NCBI GenBank assembly: GCA_031267235.1
Contig: JAIRZM010000001.1
Coordinates: 95,512-159,511, forward strand
Length of the DNA stretch: 64,000 nucleotides
From: Holosporaceae bacterium
GTDB taxonomy: Bacteria > Pseudomonadota > Alphaproteobacteria > UBA3830
Direction: 5' to 3'
Positions 1 through 7,575 of the stretch are shown in pieces; the first letter of the stretch is position 1, and each line of letters begins with the position of its first letter. Below the pieces are notes generated by a model. It searched no databases, was not told the DNA's origin, and was given only the letters and a program-made list of their open reading frames with translations. Position numbers and translations under genes: made by a program.

Positions 1-1574
1 AGGCGCTCAGTATCGAGTGTTTTCCATTTCAGAACTCCCTCCAGAGAAAGCTTGATCTCGGAAGCCGCGTCCTTTTCAATGTCACTCATCTCCACTGCTT
101 CAGATCCTTCAAACACTCCAACACAAGCCATATCATGCAATTTTACGGATCCATTGGAACATTTAATACAGACGCTCACGACCCCAGAGCTGGAAAGAGT
201 TTCTCTTTGCTGATAAACTTGACCATTAATGGGGATTAATCTATGACCATCCACAGCCAGTGTGCCTACGCTAAGTATCTTCACAATCTTACAATCCGGT
301 GACGAAAAATTTATGACGTCTCCATCCTTCAGAACTGGCGCATTTTTTATGCCATATTTGCGCGCTATTTCCGCATGTTTGCGCAGATGAATGCGTTCTC
401 CGTGGATCGGAATGAGGATTTTTGGTCTGACAAGATCGTATAGGTGCTCCAGCTCCTCTTGACTAGGATGTCCGGACGCGTGAATTTTATAATCAACGTC
501 CGTTATGATATCGACTCCTTTTTCCGTGAGGAAGTTTTGAATTTCCAAAACTGATTTTTCATTGCCCGGAATAACGCGGGACGAAAATATTACCAGGTCA
601 TTTTCCTGCAGCTGAACTGTTTTGTGTATACCCTTTGATATTTTGCTCAGCGCTGAATTTACTTCTCCCTGACTGCCGGTGCAAACCATGAGCACTTTGG
701 TAGGCGACAGAGAATCTACCCTCTTTTCATCTAAAAATGCGGGAATTTTGGTTAAATATCCGGAAGATTTCGCTATTCTTTCTATTTTTTTCAGAGATCT
801 TCCGACTATGAGCAACTCTCGACCGCTTTCTTTAGCCGCGTGGTAGCAGGACTCTAATCTTGCTAAGTTTGAGGCAAAACATGTGATTAATATCCTATTT
901 TTCTTGTGCTTTTTTACCAAATTAATAAGATTCTTTCGCACTTCCTTTTCGGAACCATATTTGACGCTTCGAAAAACGTTGGTGGAATCGCAAACCAGCG
1001 CCGTTACTCCGTCATCGCCGTACTTTTTTAGGGTTTCCTCGTCCGTTTTGGTTCCCAAAACTGGATCGTCATCGATTCTCCAATCGCCGGAATGAAGTAT
1101 TAGCCCCGCCGGAGTGGCGATGGCCAGCGCCGAAGATTCAGGAGTCGAATGGGCGACTGAAATAAATTCTACCGTAAAATTCCCAATTTTTATTTTGCTG
1201 TGGGGCAATGCTTTTAGCAGCTGCACTTCCTTTTCCATATCAAATTGCTGCAATTTTTCCCTTATCATCTCGACGGCAAAGGGGCGAGCATATATCGGAC
1301 ACTCTATCATGGGCCAAAGATATGGAATTGCTCCTATGTGATCCTCGTGGGAGTGGGTAATGAGCAACGCCTTGATTTGTGATTTATGCTTTATCAATGA
1401 TTCCGGTGATGGCACAATCAACTCGCGGCCAAAATTTCCATCGAAACCCATGCCCATGTCCACCAAAATCCACTGCTCATTGTATATATATGCGTACAAA
1501 TTCATCCCAATGCCGGAGCATCCTCCGATGGGAGCAAAATTTAATCCATTTATTTTTTCGCTCTTGCTATTCAT
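1..1574 (-). CDS. rnj: Ribonuclease J (metallo-beta-lactamase/beta-CASP family); C-terminus lies beyond the window start
   Basis: Absent from the ORF track because it runs off the window. My minus-strand translation from the ATG at 1574 reads MNSKSEKINGLNFAPIGGCSGIGMNLYAY...LLITHSHEDHIGAIPYLW (HxHxDH motif)...HASGHPSQEEL, open to position 1. It overlaps the birA stop by 8 nt. Confidence 0.85.
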   Translation of the reverse strand, partial: MNSKSEKINGLNFAPIGGCSGIGMNLYAYIYNEQWILVDMGMGFDGNFGRELIVPSPESLIKHKSQIKALLITHSHEDHIGAIPYLWPMIECPIYARPFAVEMIREKLQQFDMEKEVQLLKALPHSKIKIGNFTVEFISVAHSTPESSALAIATPAGLILHSGDWRIDDDPVLGTKTDEETLKKYGDDGVTALVCDSTNVFRSVKYGSEKEVRKNLINLVKKHKKNRILITCFASNLARLESCYHAAKESGRELLIVGRSLKKIERIAKSSGYLTKIPAFLDEKRVDSLSPTKVLMVCTGSQGEVNSALSKISKGIHKTVQLQENDLVIFSSRVIPGNEKSVLEIQNFLTEKGVDIITDVDYKIHASGHPSQEELEHLYDLVRPKILIPIHGERIHLRKHAEIARKYGIKNAPVLKDGDVINFSSPDCKIVKILSVGTLAVDGHRLIPINGQVYQQRETLSSSGVVSVCIKCSNGSVKLHDMACVGVFEGSEAVEMSDIEKDAASEIKLSLEGVLKWKTLDTER

Positions 1575-2313
1575 ATTGTACCGTTATTCCTTCTTCATTT
1601 ATAAAAACATCACCACTGGAAACGAATATGCTGCGATCATTTTTTTTCAAAATCAATCTTCCAAATTCATCGATGCCGGAAAACACTCCGCACAACGATT
1701 CGCGACCATTCTTGATCGTAATTTTACAGTCTATTTCGTTAATATATCGTAACCAATGATCCCTTACATAAAAAAAACCTAGATCTTTCAGATTGTCAAA
1801 CCATTTTTCAATGTCTGCAGAAACGCGCGGCAACATTTCCCTGGAGGTAGGAACTCTGCTCTTGCCGTCAAAGGACTTCAACACTTCGCCTATGCTGATG
1901 GCAGAACTCAAAGATGGAACCGGATTAACATTTACGCCAACACTGATTACCAACCAATGACCCAACGCCGCCAATAATATACCACTAATTTTTGATTTTT
2001 TATAGTAAATGTCGTTGGGCCAGCGAAGATACAAATGGCTATCGTCCGGAAGGTAATGGCCAATGGATTCCCGCACAGCGCAAGCGGTTGTGATGGAAAG
2101 TTGGCCCAAATCTGCATAGTCGGGAAACGTTTTGATGAAGGAGACAAACAGATTGCCCGGAACAGACGTCCACTTTCTTCCGCATCTTCCTATGGAGTCC
2201 GTTTGTCGGTCGGCAATGATGGCGTATTCGGATATGTCTTTCCCTCCTTCGATCCAGCGCAGAGCAAATTTGTGGGTACTGTCGATGGTTTTTAGTCGAA
2301 TAACAGTCTTCAT
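1567..2313 (-). CDS. birA: Biotin--[acetyl-CoA-carboxylase] ligase, short form without HTH
   Basis: 248 aa. GRCGRKW matches the BirA GRGRxGRxW biotin/ATP loop, and the length fits a group I ligase. Confidence 0.85.
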   Translation of the reverse strand: MKTVIRLKTIDSTHKFALRWIEGGKDISEYAIIADRQTDSIGRCGRKWTSVPGNLFVSFIKTFPDYADLGQLSITTACAVRESIGHYLPDDSHLYLRWPNDIYYKKSKISGILLAALGHWLVISVGVNVNPVPSLSSAISIGEVLKSFDGKSRVPTSREMLPRVSADIEKWFDNLKDLGFFYVRDHWLRYINEIDCKITIKNGRESLCGVFSGIDEFGRLILKKNDRSIFVSSGDVFINEEGITVQYE

Positions 2314-2567
2314 GGCGCCTTATTGTCACCGGAAGATCTAGTAATTGCTTTAAATCCAAAAAACAATGCTGCTGCGGCTAGAATATAGAAGAGACATTCC
2401 GGCGGAGAGGCAAGTAGTGTTGCTCCGGAGCAACATAGAACGAATCCCAACGCCATCATTCCCCAGACGAATGCCATCATGGTGACGAAGGATACACACA
2501 AACAGAAGCATGTAAAAAAAATAAGAAATGCAATCAGCAAGCAAAAAAAGACCATATCGGTTATCAT
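2310..2567 (-). CDS. Small hydrophobic membrane protein, function unknown
   Basis: 85 aa, almost entirely hydrophobic with about 3 TM segments. Its stop overlaps the birA ATG as ATGA (2310-2313), suggesting translational coupling. Confidence 0.45.
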   Translation of the reverse strand: MITDMVFFCLLIAFLIFFTCFCLCVSFVTMMAFVWGMMALGFVLCCSGATLLASPPECLFYILAAAALFFGFKAITRSSGDNKAP

Positions 2568-2700
2568 GATACTATTATTTTTCTCCCATTAGAAGATTTA
2601 TTTTTCATTACTCACCATCATGCTGCCTGCGGGTTCCAGGGCCCGTTGAAATACTTTGATTTTTGCTGTATCCTAGAGCGTTGCTGGTGCGAGTTTTAGT

Positions 2701-3975
2701 GTGATAGAAAAAATAAAAGTATATGGCAAGCAGAAGGTGAACGGAAAAGTGAACATTTCCGGAGCAAAGAATGCCGCTCTGCCTCTGCTGGCGGCCGCGC
2801 TGCTTTCCAGTGACGGCATGCATCTTAAAAATGTTCCCCCACTGACTGACATAGCAACCATGCTTGCTCTGCTGGAGAACTTGGGGGTTGATTGTCAAGT
2901 TTTGAAAAATTCTCCCCACGCCAATAGCATAAAATTAAAGACAGATTCAGTTGAAAATTTTACGGCTCCCTACGAGATAGTAAAAAAAATGCGAGCGTCG
3001 GTGTTGGTTTTGGGCCCGCTCCTGTCGAGATTGGGTCGCTGTAGAGTTTCGCTGCCCGGTGGATGTGCCATAGGCGTGCGTCCCATAGATTTACATTTGA
3101 AAGGCATGGAGGCTTTGGGAGCAACGACGGAATTGCGGGACGGCTACGTGTATGCCAGCGCTCCGAGAGGATTACGCGGTGCGGAATTCGCCTTTCCCAT
3201 TGTCACCGTCACCGGAACTGAAAACGTTATGATGGCTGCAGCTTTAGCCAATGGAACAACCATCCTAAAAAATGTAGCTCGAGAGCCTGAAATTGTCGAT
3301 TTGGCCAATTGTTTAAACAAAATGGGAGCCAATATTTCAGGACAGGGAACTGATACTATCGTAATTCAAGGTGTTACTAGCCTACGCTGTTCGGAACATA
3401 CAGTCGTTCCGGATCGCATTGAAGCCGGAACCTATGCTCTTGCAGCCGGCATTACCGGAGGGCGCGTTGATCTGCTTGGCGGAGATTTTAGGAAGCTATT
3501 GCCAGGTTTCCTGGACAAAATGGAGGCGACTGGCCTCAGTTTTTCTCCCATCGATGATGGACTTCGCGCTGAATCATCTGGAAAAATATCACCGGTTGAT
3601 ATAGACACAGAGCCATTTCCGGGATATCCTACCGATCTGCAGGCGCAGTGTATGGCAATGCTCTGTTTGGCTGATGGGGAATCAACTATACGGGAAAATA
3701 TTTGGGAAAATAGATTTATGCACGTGGCTGAGCTTATGAGAATGGGAGCAGACATATCCATTTCAGGTACCCATGCACATGTAAGAGGCGCCAAGCACCT
3801 GGTCGCCGCTCCCGTGATGGCAACAGATCTAAGGGCCTCCTTTAGTTTAGTTTTGGCGGCCTTGGCAGCGGAAGGAGACACCGTAATAGATAGGGTTTAT
3901 CACCTGAACAGGGGCTACTGTTGTGTTAAGGAAAAATTTGCCGGCTGTGGCGTTGAGTTAGAAAGAATGAGGTAG
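2701..3975 (+). CDS. murA: UDP-N-acetylglucosamine 1-carboxyvinyltransferase
   Basis: 424 aa. Has NISGAKNAALP at the N-terminus and the active-site Cys context LPGGCAIGVRPIDLH. GTG start. Confidence 0.95.
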   Translation: MIEKIKVYGKQKVNGKVNISGAKNAALPLLAAALLSSDGMHLKNVPPLTDIATMLALLENLGVDCQVLKNSPHANSIKLKTDSVENFTAPYEIVKKMRASVLVLGPLLSRLGRCRVSLPGGCAIGVRPIDLHLKGMEALGATTELRDGYVYASAPRGLRGAEFAFPIVTVTGTENVMMAAALANGTTILKNVAREPEIVDLANCLNKMGANISGQGTDTIVIQGVTSLRCSEHTVVPDRIEAGTYALAAGITGGRVDLLGGDFRKLLPGFLDKMEATGLSFSPIDDGLRAESSGKISPVDIDTEPFPGYPTDLQAQCMAMLCLADGESTIRENIWENRFMHVAELMRMGADISISGTHAHVRGAKHLVAAPVMATDLRASFSLVLAALAAEGDTVIDRVYHLNRGYCCVKEKFAGCGVELERMR

Positions 3976-3991
3976 GAAAGGAGAATATGCC

Positions 3992-4297
3992 ATGAAGATA
4001 ACGCAGGAGAATACCTTCCAATCGGATGTATTGGACAAAGATTTTGTGGTTGTGGATTTTTATGCAGATTGGTGTGGCCCCTGTCGCATGATAACTCCTT
4101 TTTTGGAAGAAGCGCAATCTGAACTCGGCGTAGAAGTGGTGAAAATTAATATAGACGAGAGTCCAGACATTGCGTCCAGGTACAATGTCATGAGCATTCC
4201 CACACTGGCGATTTTTAAAAATGGAGAAAAAACATCTGTTAGCATTGGAGCATCGTCCAAGGCAAGAATCATTGATTGGATCCAATCGCATCGCTAA
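3992..4297 (+). CDS. trxA: Thioredoxin
   Basis: 101 aa with the WCGPC redox motif and MSIPTL. Confidence 0.95.
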   Translation: MKITQENTFQSDVLDKDFVVVDFYADWCGPCRMITPFLEEAQSELGVEVVKINIDESPDIASRYNVMSIPTLAIFKNGEKTSVSIGASSKARIIDWIQSHR

Positions 4298-4313
4298 TGT
4301 TCCACGTGAAACA
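4298..4313. promoter_or_regulatory. parS-like centromere site 1 (TGTTCCACGTGAAACA)
   Basis: 16-bp palindrome matching the chromosomal parS consensus TGTTNCACGTGAAACA. It starts on the nucleotide after the trxA stop codon. Confidence 0.7.
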
Positions 4314-4330
4314 TATGATGATGGCGACAT

Positions 4331-4918
4331 ATGATCTCAAAAAAAGATCTGAATGTTTCACGTGAAACATACGAAAAACTGAAAACGTATGAAAGACTGC
4401 TGCTAAAATGGCAGAAAGCGATTAACTTGGTTTCACGTGAAACATTGGACCATTATTGGGAAAGACATGTGTTGGATAGTCTGCAAATCATCCCATACAT
4501 TAGAGGAAAGAGTATTCTGGATATTGGATCTGGCGGAGGTTTTCCGGGAATGGTTCTGGCGATGGTTGAGCGCTGGCACGTGGTTTGCGTAGATTCAGAC
4601 AGAAGAAAAATGCTATTTCTTGCGGAAGTCGCTCGGATGACTAACACCCGAGCACATTTGATAACCTGCGCGATTGAGGAGCTTCAGCTGAATGGATTCG
4701 ACACGGTATGTTCCAGAGGATTTGCTAGAGTGCCAAAATTATTGGGAATCATGATGGCTCGCAAATCGGAATATGGTGTTTTTCTCAAGGGAGTTAAGAT
4801 GAATACTGAATTAATGGAGGCAGCTGAAGAATTTGATTTTAAATATGAAACGCATCCTAGCAAAACAAACGAAGGAAGCTATATTTTGACGGTGCATTCC
4901 GTTAGCAGGAAAAAATAA
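4331..4918 (+). CDS. rsmG: 16S rRNA (guanine527-N7)-methyltransferase RsmG/GidB
   Basis: 195 aa. Has NLVSRETL...HVLDSL and the SAM motif ILDIGSGGGFPG. Confidence 0.9.
   Translation: MISKKDLNVSRETYEKLKTYERLLLKWQKAINLVSRETLDHYWERHVLDSLQIIPYIRGKSILDIGSGGGFPGMVLAMVERWHVVCVDSDRRKMLFLAEVARMTNTRAHLITCAIEELQLNGFDTVCSRGFARVPKLLGIMMARKSEYGVFLKGVKMNTELMEAAEEFDFKYETHPSKTNEGSYILTVHSVSRKK
4354..4369. promoter_or_regulatory. parS-like centromere site 2 (TGTTTCACGTGAAACA, perfect palindrome)
   Basis: Perfect 16-bp palindrome inside rsmG. It encodes V-S-R-E-T, residues 9-13. Confidence 0.75.
4429..4444. promoter_or_regulatory. parS-like centromere site 3 (GGTTTCACGTGAAACA)
   Basis: One mismatch to the palindrome. 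It lies inside rsmG and again encodes V-S-R-E-T, residues 34-38. Confidence 0.65.
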
Positions 4919-4920
4919 GC

Positions 4921-7575
4921 ATGGGAAACATATATAATATCCCACTCAATGGCAATTTTCTTGAGGAAATAGAAGCGTTAATAGAAAAAATAACGACAAT
5001 GCATGACTGTAATTTTAGAGTATTCCTTCCTAATTTGAGGAGTGATCGAGAATTGAGAAAATATATGCTATCTTTACCTCAGTGGAACATGTCCTCTCTA
5101 CCGCAAATGAGCGCAATTTCTAATTTTTTTACTTTTGAAGATCAGAAAATAACACCTCTGGTGATGCATCTACTTAAAAATAAAAACCAATCAATTCCTA
5201 TGGACACGCTGTTTTCTCTTGCCGAGAGTCTTGTTTCGTTTTTAAAGGAGCTTGTTTTTAACAATATTTCTCTGCCCCAAATAAGTAGCGTGATTCCAAA
5301 AAATCTAGCGGAACGCTGGGGGCACACGCTGGCAATTCTGGAAGAAGTTTTTGCAACAGAAAAAATAATGCAATTCATTGAAGACGCGAAAGCAAGAATG
5401 GAAAATTTCGCCGAATTGCCTAGGAATTTGAATATAATCGCCGTTGGTATTGGAGATGCAAATCACTATGTGCGATTATTTTTGAAATATGTGATGACTT
5501 CAAAAAATGGAGTCTTGATTATTTTCGGATCTGAATCTCCGGAGCATAAGAATTACAAAGTTAATGCAAATCTCCTGGAGTCCATCGTTGGTTCCGAAGG
5601 CAATGCCCAATTGAAACTCTGCGTTTCAAATGAAATTTCCGGTCAGCGGCGCAATTTTTCCAGATCATCCAAAGCAATCGAAGAATTCAGAACTTTAGGC
5701 GAAGAGGCCTTTGCCATTGCTTTGGCCACTCGAAGAGCAATTTTTGAAAATCAAAGTGTGCTCATAGTTTCGCTGCAGCGATATCTGACTGAAAAAATAA
5801 AAAAAGAACTCCTGCGGTGGAATATTTTTGCTGACGATTCAATTGGTTGTCCGTTTGTTAAAAGCGAAAGTGGATTGGGAACTTCTTTGGTAATAAATCT
5901 GATGGCTCGCCAATGCGATGTTCAGTCCTGTTTGGATTTGCTAAAAGCAAGTCGAGATTACGCTGCCATTGCCCAGGAATTGGAGGAATTTTTCCGAAAG
6001 CAACGAGCGACGCCACCCAATTTTTTTGCAGCTCTGGATCTCTGGGACAGGAAGAAAGAAAATCAAAATTTTTTGGAGTTGATGACAAAACTACAAGCTT
6101 TCAAAGTTGACACTGAAGCGCAGCGTACATTTGCCGAATGGCATTCGGATTGCCGCTTTATTCTTTCCTTGATTGATCCGGAGCATGCTGTAGGGCTTTT
6201 GAGTGCGTCGGAGAGCGTGTTGTCGATGGGAGATCTCCTGCCTCCCATGAATTTTGAAGACTTTCGTATATTTTTTACAAATAGAGTAATGGCCGCATCC
6301 CAAAGGGAAGAGGAAGGCTACACGGAAGGAGTGACTATTCTCGGAGCAATAGAAGCGCAGCTGCTGGACGCCGATTTAGTTATAATCGCGGGAGCCAACG
6401 AAGAATCGTGGTCAGCCTCCGAAGATAATGATTTTTGGCTAACGAAATCCATGCTCAGAAGCTTAAACATCAAGTCTGTGGAGGCCCGCAACGACTTTCT
6501 TCATAGCATTTTCGAGCGTCTATGCCATAAAAATCAAGTGCTGATCACTAGATCCGAGATAATCGGTGGATTGCGCCAGAGAAAGTGCAGATATTTGGAA
6601 ATATTACCTCAAAACCAAGGAGTTATTGGCGAAACAGCAGACTATGCCTCATCCATCTGTTTTGATATTGCAGTGAACCCCTGTCTTCCGCAGGAGAAAA
6701 ATACTTTGCAACAGTTAATGCTGAGCATACGAAAGTCTTATGAACGAAAAATTGCAAAATTCGAAGCGCCAAACCCAGAGTTGCATAGTCGACCGCGCAA
6801 ACTATGGGCGTCAGATGTGGATTTGCTGATCAATAATCCCTACGCCTTTTATGCAAAAAAAATTCTTGGCCTATCGGAGATTAGTGACATAAATAATCGC
6901 CAAAATATTAGAGGCAATTATTGGCACGCACTACTGGAATACTTTGTAAAATATTCTCCGGACAAAACAGATGTAAATAAACTGAATTATTTTGCTGAAA
7001 AGATATTAAAAGACAGATGGTTAAATCCTTATGGATTGGGATTATGGTTTTTCGGAAGGAAGAAAATTTTCTCCTTCATCGTCGATCATTTAAAAAGCAA
7101 TTGCCAATACTTTGCGGAGATTCCGGGAAGTTTTTCTCTGCAAATATCTCCCGATTGCAATGTTAGCATATGCGCCAGAGTTGATAGAATAGATATAAAT
7201 GCCGACGGCAGTTTATGCGTCATAGACTATAAAACTGGCGTATTGCCCAGCAATAATAAGATGACAAGAGGCATTAAAATACAGCTTCCGATTGAGGGAT
7301 TAATTGCGCAAAACGACGGCCTTGGCCTCGGCAACGAAGCTCTAGAAAGGTTGATTCTTTGGAAATTGGGCGGCGCAGACGGAGGAGAAGAAAAAATCAT
7401 TACCAAAGATAGAGCGGAAACGGCGAAACTATGCGATCAGGCATTGGTTAAACTAAAAAAACTTATAAAGCAATATAATGTGTTGGGAGCTTCCTACGAC
7501 GTAAATGTTGACGCGGCCTACGACAATGCATATTTACATCTTGCCCGGGTGAAGGAATGGCACAATGCCGGATAA
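4921..7575 (+). CDS. addB: Double-strand break repair protein AddB (alphaproteobacterial type, PD-(D/E)XK nuclease)
   Basis: 884 aa. The C-terminal nuclease motif is VDRIDINADGSLCVIDYKTG. It sits directly upstream of addA and overlaps it by 11 nt. Confidence 0.8.
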   Translation: MGNIYNIPLNGNFLEEIEALIEKITTMHDCNFRVFLPNLRSDRELRKYMLSLPQWNMSSLPQMSAISNFFTFEDQKITPLVMHLLKNKNQSIPMDTLFSLAESLVSFLKELVFNNISLPQISSVIPKNLAERWGHTLAILEEVFATEKIMQFIEDAKARMENFAELPRNLNIIAVGIGDANHYVRLFLKYVMTSKNGVLIIFGSESPEHKNYKVNANLLESIVGSEGNAQLKLCVSNEISGQRRNFSRSSKAIEEFRTLGEEAFAIALATRRAIFENQSVLIVSLQRYLTEKIKKELLRWNIFADDSIGCPFVKSESGLGTSLVINLMARQCDVQSCLDLLKASRDYAAIAQELEEFFRKQRATPPNFFAALDLWDRKKENQNFLELMTKLQAFKVDTEAQRTFAEWHSDCRFILSLIDPEHAVGLLSASESVLSMGDLLPPMNFEDFRIFFTNRVMAASQREEEGYTEGVTILGAIEAQLLDADLVIIAGANEESWSASEDNDFWLTKSMLRSLNIKSVEARNDFLHSIFERLCHKNQVLITRSEIIGGLRQRKCRYLEILPQNQGVIGETADYASSICFDIAVNPCLPQEKNTLQQLMLSIRKSYERKIAKFEAPNPELHSRPRKLWASDVDLLINNPYAFYAKKILGLSEISDINNRQNIRGNYWHALLEYFVKYSPDKTDVNKLNYFAEKILKDRWLNPYGLGLWFFGRKKIFSFIVDHLKSNCQYFAEIPGSFSLQISPDCNVSICARVDRIDINADGSLCVIDYKTGVLPSNNKMTRGIKIQLPIEGLIAQNDGLGLGNEALERLILWKLGGADGGEEKIITKDRAETAKLCDQALVKLKKLIKQYNVLGASYDVNVDAAYDNAYLHLARVKEWHNAG

